A DNA stretch of 40,927 nt from Phycisphaerales bacterium (GTDB taxonomy: Bacteria; Planctomycetota; Phycisphaerae; Phycisphaerales; SM1A02): assembly GCA_049449095.1 (NCBI GenBank), contig JBMTTG010000001.1, positions 1 to 40,927 on the forward strand, given 5' to 3'. Under the pieces are notes generated by a model, which saw only the letters and a list, made by a program, of their open reading frames with translations, was not told the origin of the DNA and made no database searches. The position numbers were made by a program, and so were the translations under genes. Shown piece after piece: positions 1 through 10,530 of the stretch. Within the stretch, counting starts at the first letter, position 1, and the number at the start of each line of letters is the position of its first letter.

Positions 1-1373
<1,373 letters not shown>

Positions 1374-1504
1374 GCCTGCTTGGTTTCCTTCCTCTCGGCA
1401 CTTCACCGGACGGCGAAGGCGGAGTCTATCGGTCGTGCCACCCCGCCTCGTTCGGGCCTCTCGGTCCCGGCGGACCGCTGACGATGGCAGCGCCGGTTCG
1501 AAGG

Positions 1505-1879
1505 TCAAGAGGGACGCGGGCCGTTGCCTCCCCGAGTGGGGCCGCGATCCGTTCCCGGTCCCGAATCGGGGGTTTCCGGTCCCGCGTCGCGGGCCGCGGA
1601 GAGCGCCGAGGCCCGCATGATCGCGCGGACCTGTTCGTCGGTGAGTTCACCGTCGCGACGCATGCGCTCGAGGTCCGCGGTGTCGAATCCGCCGAGTGGT
1701 CCCTTGGTCTCCCGCCGCAGCGCTCGGCGAAGCCAGTGGGCGACGAGCCACGCGACGATCGCGACCGCTGCGAAGACCCCGAGCCACGGCAGAGTCTCCG
1801 AGGCGAGGGAATCCGAAGCCGGCGGTGCGGCGAGCGCGGTCGCCGTCCCGAGCGAGCCGATCGCGACGATCGCCTCCAT
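1505..1879 (-). CDS. Hypothetical small membrane protein (124 aa). It has a signal-like N-terminus, one TM helix, and a charged C-terminal tail.
   Basis: ORF track 1505..1879(-). Hydrophobic segment [21 protein letters not shown] followed by RRALRR. It starts 3 nt after the tig stop, so it is probably co-transcribed. No family recognised. Confidence 0.5.
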   Translation of the reverse strand: MEAIVAIGSLGTATALAAPPASDSLASETLPWLGVFAAVAIVAWLVAHWLRRALRRETKGPLGGFDTADLERMRRDGELTDEQVRAIMRASALSAARDAGPETPDSGPGTDRGPTRGGNGPRPS

Positions 1880-1882
1880 CCG

Positions 1883-3292
1883 TCACGTTCCGGCGCGCTT
1901 CTTGACCGACTCGTTCCACTCCTCGAGCGAGACCTCCGAGACCTCGGCCTTGTCGATGATCCGGTCGAGGGCCTTCTGCTCCCGCATCTCGAGGGCGATC
2001 GATCCGAGACGATTGCTCTTGGCGAGTTCGGCTCGAAGCTGGTCGGGCCGCTCGCCGCGCTGGCGGGCCATGCGGGCGATCCGGTTGTTGACCTCGTTCT
2101 CGCCGACCGTCACGCCGAAGGTCTCCGCGACCTTCGTGAGGATCAGCGAGAGCTTGAGCTGATCGCGCGAGCGCGACGCGGACACCTCGCGGAAGCGGGC
2201 GAGCTCGGTCTCGAGGGTCTCGGGATCGAGCCCGCGTCCGAGGAGCTCCGCGCGACGGCGCTCGACGATCGCGGTCGCCTGGCGCGAGGACAGCTTCTCG
2301 GGAAGTTCCATCGCGACGGCGCCGATGAGCTGCTCCGCGACCTGCTCCCGCATCACGCCACGCTGCTCGGCGGCCATGCGATCCTCGAGGGCGAGACGGA
2401 TCTGCGGACGAAGGTCCTCGACCGACGGCACGCCGATCGCTGCGGCGACCTCCTCGTCGCTCGCGGGATGGATCCGCTCCGCGTCGCGAATGCGGTACTC
2501 CATCCGAAGCTTCTTGCCGCGGACCTCCGGCAGCTCGTGGCCCTCGGGGCCCACGGTGTGGATCGTGACGTCGTCGCCGACCTTGCGTCCCTTGATCAGG
2601 CCCGCGAGGCCCTCGACCAGCACGCCGAGGAACTGGCCGCGTCCGCCGTCCTCGTCGGTCGGCACGGTCGCGAGGGCATCGTCGGCGGTGAAGAACGGCT
2701 CGGCGTCGTCCTCCTTGAAGACCTTGACCTCGCCGATCATTCGATCGAGCGTCTCGAAGGGGCCGGAGATCCGCTCGGGATTGCCGAACCAGCGCTTCTG
2801 GCGATCGAGCTCTCGATCGACCGCATCGTCGGCGACGGTGCCGACGGGCTTGCGGATCTTGAGGCCTTCGAAGGCGGGGAGCTCGAACTCCGGCATGACC
2901 TCGATCTCGATCTCGAAGACGTAGTCCTTGCCGCGCTCGAGGTCGGGCGGCGTCATGTCTTCTGGAAGTTCGGGATCGCCGAGCGGACGAAGGCTCTCCT
3001 TGCGGATCGCGGCGCCGAGCGCTTCGCCGAGCAGGCGATCGCGGGTGTCCTTCGCGAGATCGCCGCCGACCCGCTTCTCGAGCAGGGCCCGCGGAACCTT
3101 GCCGCGACGGAAGCCCGGCAGCACCGCGTCGCGCTGCATGGCGGAGAAGGCCTGCTCGAAGCGACGATCGACCTCGGCGGCGGGGATCGTGATCGAGAGA
3201 CGCCGGCTGCAGGCGGAGGGGCTCTCCACGCGGACCTCGACGGCGAGGTCATCGGCGGGGGCGGTGAGGGTGTCGGTGCTGGAATCGCTCAT
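1883..3292 (-). CDS. tig: Trigger factor (ribosome-associated peptidyl-prolyl isomerase / chaperone)
   Basis: ORF 1883..3385(-). Typical trigger-factor N-terminus (VEVRVESPSACSRRLSITIPAAEV...GFRRGKVPRALLEKR) and overall length. The internal ATG at 3292 (MSDSSTD...) is preferred, because the 31 residues before it are R-rich and look non-coding. Confidence 0.9.
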   Translation of the reverse strand: MSDSSTDTLTAPADDLAVEVRVESPSACSRRLSITIPAAEVDRRFEQAFSAMQRDAVLPGFRRGKVPRALLEKRVGGDLAKDTRDRLLGEALGAAIRKESLRPLGDPELPEDMTPPDLERGKDYVFEIEIEVMPEFELPAFEGLKIRKPVGTVADDAVDRELDRQKRWFGNPERISGPFETLDRMIGEVKVFKEDDAEPFFTADDALATVPTDEDGGRGQFLGVLVEGLAGLIKGRKVGDDVTIHTVGPEGHELPEVRGKKLRMEYRIRDAERIHPASDEEVAAAIGVPSVEDLRPQIRLALEDRMAAEQRGVMREQVAEQLIGAVAMELPEKLSSRQATAIVERRRAELLGRGLDPETLETELARFREVSASRSRDQLKLSLILTKVAETFGVTVGENEVNNRIARMARQRGERPDQLRAELAKSNRLGSIALEMREQKALDRIIDKAEVSEVSLEEWNESVKKRAGT

Positions 3293-3364
3293 GTCGTGGG
3301 CTCGTCGCAGGGCTCGCTCGCGGCCACGTGCCGCGGTTTCGGGCGGAAGCCGCCGAGAATAGCA

Positions 3365-3412
3365 GGAGCCCCGCTCCGAGACCACGCCGAGGCGCGTTCG
3401 GAGCGGGGCTCC
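3365..3412 (-). terminator. Putative intrinsic terminator hairpin downstream of the glutamine synthetase gene
   Basis: Perfect 15-bp inverted repeat, ggagccccgctccga (3365-3379) and tcggagcggggctcc (3398-3412), with an 18-nt loop. It lies 30 nt past the glnN stop. On the minus strand it is followed by UGCUAUUCU. Confidence 0.5.
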
Positions 3413-3442
3413 ATCGGTCCGGTCTCGGGAGAGACGGTCGTC

Positions 3443-5638
3443 TCAGCGAAGGATCAGGTCCGCGTAGGTCGGAAGCGGCCACAGGTCCGCAGGCATGCGG
3501 CTCTCGAGGCGATCGCAGATCGCTCGGGTCGAGGCGATCGCCGGACGCAGCGCATCGCGGGTGTGCTTGAGCGCCTTCTCGCCGCCGTGGGGCATCTTCG
3601 CGTCGGCGGCCTCGAGTTCCGCCGCCAACCTCCGCAGTTCGCCCACGAGCCCCACGACCTCCCGCAGCTCCTGCGAGGTCTCGGGGCAGTCGACGCCGGC
3701 GGCCTCGGTGGCGGCGCACGCATCGGCGAGTTCGGCCTGATGCCGGATCGCCGCCGGCAGCACCTGGGTGCGGACCATCGCGACGAGGGTCCGCGCCTCG
3801 ATCGAGACGACCGTCGCGTACTGCTCGGCGAGGATCTCGAACCGGGCGTCGAGTTCGCGTGCGGAGAGCACCGAGTACTTCGAGAAGAGGTCCTTCGCGG
3901 CCTTCGAACGAAGCGCGAGCAGGGCGTCCGCACCGCTCGGCGTGTTGGGCAGGCCGCGCTTCGCCGCCTCGGCGTGCCACTCCTTGCTGTAGCCGTCGCC
4001 GTCGAAGCAGACGCGGCGATGCTTCTTGACGACCTCCTTGAGGAGCGCCCGCACCGCGGACTCGAGCTTCGCCTTGGTCGCGTTGCGTCCCGCCCGCTTC
4101 TCGAGCTCGCTCGCCATGAAGTCGAGGCTCTCCGCGATGATCGCGTTGAGCACCGTGACCGGCCACGCCACCGCGGCGGTCGAGCCGACGGCGCGGAACT
4201 CGAACTTGTTGCCGGTGAAGGCGAAGGGGCTCGTGCGGTTTCGGTCGCTCGCATGGCGCGGGATCTGCGGCAGCGAGCTCGAGCCGAGATCCATCGATCC
4301 GCCCTTGCGGGTCTTGGTGGTCTTGCCGCTCTCGAGCTGGTCGAGGATGTCGGTGAGCATCTCGCCGAGGTAGACCGACATGATCGCCGGCGGCGCCTCG
4401 TTCGCGCCGAGGCGATGGTCGTTGCCGGCGGAGGCGATCGCGGCGCGGAGCAGGTCGGCCCGGACGTCCACGGCGCGAACGACTGCGCAGAGGAAGACCA
4501 GGAACTGCATGTTGGTGTGGGTCTCGTCGCGCGGATCGAGCAGGTTGACGCCGGTGTCGGTGGCGATCGACCAGTTGCAGTGCTTGCCCGAGCCGTTGAC
4601 GCCCGCGAAGGGCTTCTCATGCAGCAGGCACTCGAAGCCGAACCGTGCCGCAGCCGCCCGCAGGACGTGCATGGTCAGCATCTGGTGGTCGACCGCGACG
4701 TTCGCGTTCTCGAAGACCGGCGCAATCTCGTACTGCGACGGCGCCACCTCGTTGTGTCGGGTCTTGACCGGAACACCGAGCTCGAAGAGGCGCCGCTCGG
4801 TCTCCGCCATGAAGCCCATGACGCGATCGGGGATCGCGCCGAAGTAGTGGTCGTGCTGCTGCTGGCCCTTCGGCGGCGGCGCTCCGATGAGCGTGCGGCC
4901 GCAGATCCGCAGGTCGAGGCGCTCCGCGGCAAGGTCGGCGTCGACGAGGAAGTACTCCTGCTCCGCGCCGAGGGTCGAGATCACGCGGGAGACGCCCGCA
5001 TCGGTTCCGAAGATCCGAAGGACCCGCATCGCCTGGGAGTTCACGGCGTCGATCGAACGGAGCAGCGGCAGCTTCTTGTCGAGGGCCTCGCCGGTGTAGG
5101 AGACGAAGACCGTCGGGATGCAGAGCGTGACCACGCCCGAATCGGTCCGGATGAGGAAGGCCGGGCTCGTCGCATCCCACGCGGTGTAGCCTCGCGCCTC
5201 GTACGTGTCGCGGATGCCGCCGGAGGGGAAGCTGCTTGCGTCGGGCTCGCCCTGGATGAGCTGGCTGCCCGAGAAGCGTTCGATCGCGCCGCCCTCGGAG
5301 GTCAGCGAGAGGAACGCGTCGTGCTTCTCCGCGGTGGTGCCGGTGAGCGGCTGGAACCAGTGGCAGTAGTGCGTGGCGCCGTGCTCGATCGCCCAGTCCT
5401 TCATCGCGCTCGCGACGGTGTTGGAGATCGCCGGATCGAGCGGCAGGCCGAGGCGCATCGTCCGCTGCAGATTCGCGAAGACGTCGCTCGGCAGGCGCTT
5501 CAGCATCACGTCGCCGCTGAAGGTGAGGATGCCGAACAGGTCCGACGCGCGCACGGCGTCGGCGGGATTCGAGGCGAGCATCGAGGGGGTCTCCATCGGA
5601 TCGAGGCGATCGGCGTGCGGGCGGCGGTCGCGTGGCAT
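3443..5638 (-). CDS. glnN: Glutamine synthetase, type III (GlnN-like, 731 aa)
   Basis: ORF 3443..5638(-). About 730 aa, which is characteristic of GSIII. Contains [21 protein letters not shown], matching the conserved HYTHWFQPLT...AEKHD region of GSIII. An alternative start lies at 5596 (METPS...). Confidence 0.9.
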   Translation of the reverse strand: MPRDRRPHADRLDPMETPSMLASNPADAVRASDLFGILTFSGDVMLKRLPSDVFANLQRTMRLGLPLDPAISNTVASAMKDWAIEHGATHYCHWFQPLTGTTAEKHDAFLSLTSEGGAIERFSGSQLIQGEPDASSFPSGGIRDTYEARGYTAWDATSPAFLIRTDSGVVTLCIPTVFVSYTGEALDKKLPLLRSIDAVNSQAMRVLRIFGTDAGVSRVISTLGAEQEYFLVDADLAAERLDLRICGRTLIGAPPPKGQQQHDHYFGAIPDRVMGFMAETERRLFELGVPVKTRHNEVAPSQYEIAPVFENANVAVDHQMLTMHVLRAAAARFGFECLLHEKPFAGVNGSGKHCNWSIATDTGVNLLDPRDETHTNMQFLVFLCAVVRAVDVRADLLRAAIASAGNDHRLGANEAPPAIMSVYLGEMLTDILDQLESGKTTKTRKGGSMDLGSSSLPQIPRHASDRNRTSPFAFTGNKFEFRAVGSTAAVAWPVTVLNAIIAESLDFMASELEKRAGRNATKAKLESAVRALLKEVVKKHRRVCFDGDGYSKEWHAEAAKRGLPNTPSGADALLALRSKAAKDLFSKYSVLSARELDARFEILAEQYATVVSIEARTLVAMVRTQVLPAAIRHQAELADACAATEAAGVDCPETSQELREVVGLVGELRRLAAELEAADAKMPHGGEKALKHTRDALRPAIASTRAICDRLESRMPADLWPLPTYADLILR

Positions 5639-5750
5639 GGCGGGCTCCGGGGCGGCGGGTTCGCGCGTTCCGTCGGCGCGAAGGAGCCAGTATCCGGACC
5701 TTCGCGAAGACCGGCAACCGACTTGAGGCGAAGCCGTCGGATGGACCGGA

Positions 5751-6920
5751 TCAGCGGTGGCGCCCCGCCCGCCTTCGGCGGTGCGGCACCGGATCCCGCG
5801 AGAGCCATCCCTTCCGCCAGAAGTAGGTCAGGAAGGCGAGGGCGGTGAGGGCCATGAGCCCCAAGGCGAACGGATAGCCGTACCGCCAATCCAGTTCGGG
5901 CATGTTGAAGGGGGAGTCGGCGGTGTCGAAGTTCATCCCGTAGATCCCGGCGATCGTGCCGAGCGGGATGAAGATCGTGGCGACGATGGTGAGGAACCGG
6001 TTGATCTCGCCGAGGCGGTTGCTCGTCGCGGCGAGATGGAGCTCCATCAGTTCGCTCGCCATCACCCGGTCCATCTCGACCAGATCCATGAGCCTCGTGG
6101 CGTGGTCGAGGGCGTCCCGAAGGTAGGGGCGGATCTCCGGCTTCCCGAGGTGCTCGAGGCCGATCACGCCCGCGACGAGGTCCCGGACCGGCCAGACGAC
6201 TCGGCGAAGGAGCATCAGTTCGCGACGGATCTCGCGGATCTCCCCCACCTGGGCGACCCGCGGCGCCCGGACGACCTCGTCCTCGAGGCGATCGAGCCGC
6301 TCGCCGATCTCCCCGAGGATCGGGAAGTAGCCGTCGATCGCCGAGTCGAGGATGGCGTAGGCCAGAAAGAACGACCCGAGGTCCCGCAGCCTCCCGCGGT
6401 GGTCGCGAAGCCTTGTCCGGATCCGGTCCAGCGTGCTGCTTCCGGGGCTCTCCTCGAAGGTGACGACGAGGCCGGGGCCGACGAGCATCGAGAGCTGCTC
6501 GGTCGCGAGGCCTTCGGCGGCGCGCTCGACCCGCGGCAGGACCAGCAGGAAGCGATCTTCGAACGGCTCGATCTTCGCCGGCTGCGTGATGTCGAGGATG
6601 TCCTCCATGGCGAGCGGATGGATGCCGAACGTCGCCGCGAGGGACTTGAGCGCCTCCGCGTCGCCGAGCCCCGTCACGCTCACCCAGACCACGCCCTCGG
6701 CGGCGGTCGCCGACGCCAGTTCCGCGGGATCGGCGATCGGCCGCTCCTCGAACTCGCCCGGCGTGTAGCGGATCAGTCGAATGGAAGCCGGCAGGGCGTG
6801 CGGATCGAAGGCAAGCGTGCCAGGCGGCGCATGGAGATGCGGAGGCGGGTGGCGGTGGCCGGCACGACGCCTTCGATGCGAAGCGGACTCGGGGTGGGGG
6901 GCGTCGCTTGGGCCGCTCAT
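5751..6920 (-). CDS. corA: Magnesium/cobalt transporter CorA
   Basis: ORF 5751..6980(-). C-terminal YGMNFD signature followed by two TM helices and a basic tail. The ATG at 6920 (MSGPSD...) is preferred because it avoids overlapping the upstream gene; the alternative is 6980. The N-terminal ~50 aa are His/Pro/Arg-rich. Confidence 0.87.
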   Translation of the reverse strand: MSGPSDAPHPESASHRRRRAGHRHPPPHLHAPPGTLAFDPHALPASIRLIRYTPGEFEERPIADPAELASATAAEGVVWVSVTGLGDAEALKSLAATFGIHPLAMEDILDITQPAKIEPFEDRFLLVLPRVERAAEGLATEQLSMLVGPGLVVTFEESPGSSTLDRIRTRLRDHRGRLRDLGSFFLAYAILDSAIDGYFPILGEIGERLDRLEDEVVRAPRVAQVGEIREIRRELMLLRRVVWPVRDLVAGVIGLEHLGKPEIRPYLRDALDHATRLMDLVEMDRVMASELMELHLAATSNRLGEINRFLTIVATIFIPLGTIAGIYGMNFDTADSPFNMPELDWRYGYPFALGLMALTALAFLTYFWRKGWLSRDPVPHRRRRAGRHR

Positions 6921-6966
6921 GGCGCGAGAATAGCCGAGGCCGCTTCGTTCGCTGCGGAGCGTCGTC

Positions 6967-7416
6967 TCAGGCCTCGCCACGCGCCGCGTGCGATGCGAGC
7001 GCGATCATCCAGAGGGCCGCGCCCCCTCGCAGCGACCAGAGGATCGTCCGCAGCCAGTTGCCGCCGACGAGCGCGTCGACGGTCGAGGTCTCGTGCCCGG
7101 CGAGCAGCTTCTGATGCAGCGGCACCTGCCAGAGCGCGGTCGAGAGCCAGATCGCCACGAGCATCGCGAGCGCGACCCGCGGGATCCACGCCGCCACGCC
7201 GATCGGCGGCGCGATGGCGAGCCAGACGGCCGCCGCGAGTTCGACCAGCATGACCGGACCGACGACGAGCGTCGTCAAGGCCTGATGGCGTGCCGCATAG
7301 CCCGCGGACTCGGGACCCGGCACCAGCGCGAAGAGCGGGTAGTGCACGACCTGCACGAACCAGATCAGTCCGGTCATGAAGAGCGTGGCGGCAGCGTTGG
7401 CGAGAAGGGCGGGCAT
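6967..7416 (-). CDS. DUF1772-like (anthrone-oxygenase-like) four-TM membrane protein
   Basis: ORF 6967..7416(-), 149 aa. Four hydrophobic helices, with the pattern FVQVVHYPLF...W...LH recalled from DUF1772 proteins. The assignment is from memory of the family only. Confidence 0.65.
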   Translation of the reverse strand: MPALLANAAATLFMTGLIWFVQVVHYPLFALVPGPESAGYAARHQALTTLVVGPVMLVELAAAVWLAIAPPIGVAAWIPRVALAMLVAIWLSTALWQVPLHQKLLAGHETSTVDALVGGNWLRTILWSLRGGAALWMIALASHAARGEA

Positions 7417-7504
7417 GGGGGACCCTTCGAAGAGAAGGCAGGGGCGGGATTCGAGGACGCGCGGAGCCGGGGTTGGATTGTCGACTCGCGACGGCCGGCT
7501 CGGG

Positions 7505-7815
7505 CCGCAGAGAGCTCACGGTGTGGATGGCGAATCGCGTTGGTCCCGGTCTTTGGTGCTTGGATCGCTCTGCGTCTCTCCACCGGAGTGATCGGCGACA
7601 GACTCGCGGCTCGACGTTCGATCCAAGCCAAGGTGGGAGCCACGGAGCCACCGAGCCGCGGAGAGCTTCGTGGCGCCGAAGGCAATCGCGCTGGCGAAGC
7701 CCGTCGGTCCCGGTCTCTGGTGCTTGGATCGCTCTGCGTCTCCGGCTCCCTCTGCGTCTCTTCAATGGATTGATCGGCGTTCGACTCGAGGGATGACCTT
7801 CGATTGGTGCGGGGC
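7505..7815. repeat. Two diverged tandem copies (period ~150-165 bp) of a non-coding element, with a possible third partial copy at ~7470-7500
   Basis: Copy A spans ~7505-7640 and copy B ~7656-7815. They share ccgcRgagagct..., ggcRaatcgcg, a near-identical 36-38 nt core ggtcccggtctYtggtgcttggatcgctctgcgtctc (7542-7578 and 7706-7742), and a gatcggcg...cgactcg...ttcgat tail. The region lies in the 404-bp gap between two minus-strand genes. Confidence 0.7.
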
Positions 7816-7820
7816 CGACC

Positions 7821-8354
7821 TCAGGTCCCTCGCTCGATCTCGATCGAGGTCAGCAGCCCCGACCTCGGCTCGAGCAGGGCGACCGTGAAGGTCGCGGCGC
7901 GATGCAAGGCGCCGGGATTGATCGTCCGCACGCCTTCCATCGTGCCGTCGAAGGCCCGGTGGGTGTGGCCGTGCAGGAAGTAGTCGGGCTTCGATGCGAG
8001 CAGCCGCCGCACCTCGCGATCGCGATCGCCGTGCGTGAACGCGACGCGCTGCCCGGCGACCTCGATCTCGCCGCTGGGATGGTGGAACTCGATCCCGAGT
8101 CGATCCGCGGCGGACTTCAGCTCGGATGGCTCGTCCATGTTGCCGGGGACGAGATGCACCGGCAGTGGAGCGCCGTCGTCGCCGGCGATGAGCAGTTCCT
8201 CGAGCAGGTCTGGATCCTCGACATCGCCGAGATGCACCAGCATGGTCGCGCCCGCCTTGCGAAGCGCCGCGACGGCGCGGGCGGTGCGCTCGCGTCGGCC
8301 GTGGCTGTCGGAAAGGAGACCGAGGAGGTGGTGGGGACGCGCTTCGAAGGTCAT
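7821..8354 (-). CDS. YfcE/MJ0936-family metallophosphoesterase (phosphodiesterase)
   Basis: ORF 7821..8354(-), 177 aa. Ordered calcineurin-like motifs are present: LSDSHG, HLGD, GNMD, HGH/GHTH. Confidence 0.85.
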   Translation of the reverse strand: MTFEARPHHLLGLLSDSHGRRERTARAVAALRKAGATMLVHLGDVEDPDLLEELLIAGDDGAPLPVHLVPGNMDEPSELKSAADRLGIEFHHPSGEIEVAGQRVAFTHGDRDREVRRLLASKPDYFLHGHTHRAFDGTMEGVRTINPGALHRAATFTVALLEPRSGLLTSIEIERGT

Positions 8355-8730
8355 CGCGTCGAGGGTATCGAGGCGACCAACAACGGCGGGACCCCACCAG
8401 GAGAGCCGCTGGCCCTACGAGAGCACCGTCAACACCGCCATGCAGACGCCGCTGACCCCTTCGGCGGTATCGGGCATGGGAGGCCTTGCGGCGCTGGTCG
8501 CTGGGGCGGCGGGAGTTCGCGGGCGCCGGCGATCGAGGGCCTGAACCGCCTGAGCCGCCGACCTCCGTCGCGAACCACGATGAAGCAGACCGCATCGCTC
8601 CGCGTCGTTGATCGCGGGGCGAGGTTGTTGGGGACAAGGCGCAGGCGTGCCGCCGCATCGTCGGCCTTCAACATGATCGACGAGCCGCCGACGATGGGGC
8701 ATGCGACGCCGTTCGAAGACCATCAACGCA

Positions 8731-8760
8731 CACGCCCCCCGTGCGAGCACGGAGGGCGTG
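8731..8760 (-). terminator. Possible terminator hairpin immediately downstream of tRNA-Arg
   Basis: cacgccccccgtg-cgag-cacggagggcgtg forms a 13-bp GC-rich stem with one mismatch and a tetraloop, 11 nt past the tRNA 3' end. The U-tract is weak (UGUGCGUUGAU). Confidence 0.35.
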
Positions 8761-8770
8761 GGTCGGGACA

Positions 8771-8844
8771 CGCGAGTGGCAGGACTCGAACCTGCAACCT
8801 ACGGCTTCGTAGACCGTTGCTCTATCCAATTGAGCTACACTCGC
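8771..8844 (-). tRNA. tRNA-Arg (anticodon ACG)
   Basis: The reverse complement folds by hand into a cloverleaf: acceptor GCGAGTG/CACTCGC, D arm GCTC-AATTGGATA-GAGC, anticodon arm ACGGT-CTACGAA-GCCGT, T arm GCAGG-TTCGAGT-CCTGC, discriminator G. No encoded CCA. Confidence 0.93.
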
Positions 8845-8934
8845 GAAGGGGCGGAAGTATAGCGACGGCACCCGCGGTCGCCAGCGTCTCGCGAACGAGA
8901 CCGCGGCTGAGTTGTCCGGAGAAACGAGGGGTGA

Positions 8935-10530
8935 TCAGGATCCGAGGCGGATCGGCGACGTCGCGTCGTCGACGGTGACCGTCGAGGCGACACCGGACGC
9001 AGCCTCCGCGGCTTCGATGGCGTCCGGACCAGCGACCGACGAGGCGTCCGAGAGCGACGAAAGCGCGAACGGCAGCAGGAAGATGCCGAAGCCGGCGACC
9101 ACGGCGGTGGCGAGCGGCCAGCGGCTCGGCACCGAGTCGATGGAGTCGGCCCGAGGCCCCGCGGGCGCGATGGTCGGAAGCCCGGCGAGACGAAGGTAGT
9201 ACCAGACGCTCACCGCGCTGTTGAGGGCCATGATCACCACGAGCGGCGCCTGTCCGGCGCTCAGGCCGCTGACGAAGAGGTCGAGCTTGCCCCAGAAGCC
9301 AAGCAGCGGCGGGAGCCCGATCAGCGAGCCCGCACCGATCGCGAGCATCGCGGAGGCCCACGGGTGCCGGATGCGCAATCCCGCGAGATCGTCGAAGGAG
9401 TCGATCTCGAAGCCGCGGCGCTCGATCGACGCCATGGCGCCGAAGACCGCGATGTTGGTGAGCCCGTAGACGAGCAGATAGAGCAGGACCGCGTCGTAGC
9501 CGCCGAACTGCGGGCCGGCGACGATGCCGACGAGCATGTAGCCCGAGTGCGAGATCGAGCTGTAGGCCATCATCCGCTTCACGGACCGCTGCAGCAGCGC
9601 CCCCAAGTTGCCGAGGGTCATGGTGAGGGCCGCGATCATCCAGAGCACCGCCTCGATCCGCGGCGGCAGCGTCGGCGTCTCGATCGAGGCCGACCAGCCG
9701 AACGCGGCGAGAAGGCTCATCAAGGCGAAGAAGCCCGTCGCCTTCGGCACGAACGAGAGGAAGTTCGTCGTGGGGATCGATGCGCCCTCGTAGACGTCGG
9801 GCGCGTAGAAGTGCATCGGGACCGCGGTGATCTTGAAGCAGAGCCCGACGATCACGAGCACCATGCCGAGCATGCCGATCGAGCTCTCGGCGGCGCCCTC
9901 GAGCATCGCGGAGGCGATGCCGGCGAGTTCCAGCGTTCCGCACGCGCCGTAGAGCATGGCGAAGCCGTAGAGCATCACCGCGGTCGACAGGGCGCCGAGG
10001 AAGAAGTACTTGACCGCCGCCTCCTGGGCCCGGCGATCGCCGCGGCTCGTCGCCACCATGATGTAGGTGGGCAGCGACGAGAGTTCGATCGCGAGGAACA
10101 GCCAGATCAGGTCGCTCGCGACGGTGACGAGCATCGCGCCCGCGAGGCTGAAGAGCATGAAGGCGTGGAACTCGCCGCCGATCACGCGGATCGGATCGAA
10201 CGGAGCGAGCCCCTTCGCGAAGGCGCCTTCGAGGCGCCGATCGACCGAACCGATCGAGACCGCGACGAGGCCGATGCCGATCGCCGCGATCAGGCTCCGG
10301 CCGTAGAGGCCGAGCATCGGAATCGGCAGCCCGGCCGCCTCGGCCCGCTCGGGCGTGTGGACGATCGCGACCGCGACGATCGCGGCGACCAGCGTCGCGA
10401 TCGAGACGAACGGAACCGCGGCCCGCAACGCGGCGGCGCGGGAAAGCCCCATGACGCTGACCAGCACGGCGCCCGAAAGCATCAGGATCTCGGGGACGAC
10501 GAGCATCAGGCGTTCGGCGGTCGGCATCAT
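8935..10530 (-). CDS. nuoN: NADH-quinone oxidoreductase subunit N
   Basis: ORF 8935..10911(-). Polytopic antiporter-like protein (…LELSSLPTYIMV…, …KMMAYSSISHSGYML…). Start set at the ATG at 10530 (MMPTAERL...), which forms an ATGA overlap with the nuoM stop. The upstream part of the ORF is R/G/P-rich junk. Confidence 0.9.
   Translation of the reverse strand: MMPTAERLMLVVPEILMLSGAVLVSVMGLSRAAALRAAVPFVSIATLVAAIVAVAIVHTPERAEAAGLPIPMLGLYGRSLIAAIGIGLVAVSIGSVDRRLEGAFAKGLAPFDPIRVIGGEFHAFMLFSLAGAMLVTVASDLIWLFLAIELSSLPTYIMVATSRGDRRAQEAAVKYFFLGALSTAVMLYGFAMLYGACGTLELAGIASAMLEGAAESSIGMLGMVLVIVGLCFKITAVPMHFYAPDVYEGASIPTTNFLSFVPKATGFFALMSLLAAFGWSASIETPTLPPRIEAVLWMIAALTMTLGNLGALLQRSVKRMMAYSSISHSGYMLVGIVAGPQFGGYDAVLLYLLVYGLTNIAVFGAMASIERRGFEIDSFDDLAGLRIRHPWASAMLAIGAGSLIGLPPLLGFWGKLDLFVSGLSAGQAPLVVIMALNSAVSVWYYLRLAGLPTIAPAGPRADSIDSVPSRWPLATAVVAGFGIFLLPFALSSLSDASSVAGPDAIEAAEAASGVASTVTVDDATSPIRLGS

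Noticed and set aside
3293-3385. 31-codon N-terminal extension of trigger factor, and the analogous extension of corA (6921..6980)
   Set aside because: The extensions are R-rich and unlike the conserved N-termini. The corA extension would also overlap the upstream gene. Internal ATGs give canonical N-termini. Both are kept as alternative starts only.
5639-5750. Glutamine riboswitch (glnA RNA motif) in the leader of the type III glutamine synthetase gene
   Set aside because: The only resemblance is a short GACGGAA-like string. I could not find the E-loop or pseudoknot consensus or the paired stems. An Rfam covariance-model scan would settle it.
7505-7815. Possible CRISPR array or mobile-element terminal repeats
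   Set aside because: There are only two or three copies. The units are long (~150 bp) and contiguous rather than short repeats separated by unique spacers. No cas, transposase or integrase gene is nearby, and no inverted terminal repeat pair was found.
8668-8871. 67-aa ORF on the minus strand
   Set aside because: It is simply a translation through the tRNA-Arg gene (…VAQLDRATVYEAVGCRFES… is the classic tRNA read-through peptide).
8355-8935. Integrated element or genomic island at tRNA-Arg
   Set aside because: No integrase is present. I found no direct repeat of the tRNA 3' end elsewhere in the window, and the flanking genes (nuo operon, phosphoesterase) are ordinary chromosomal genes.
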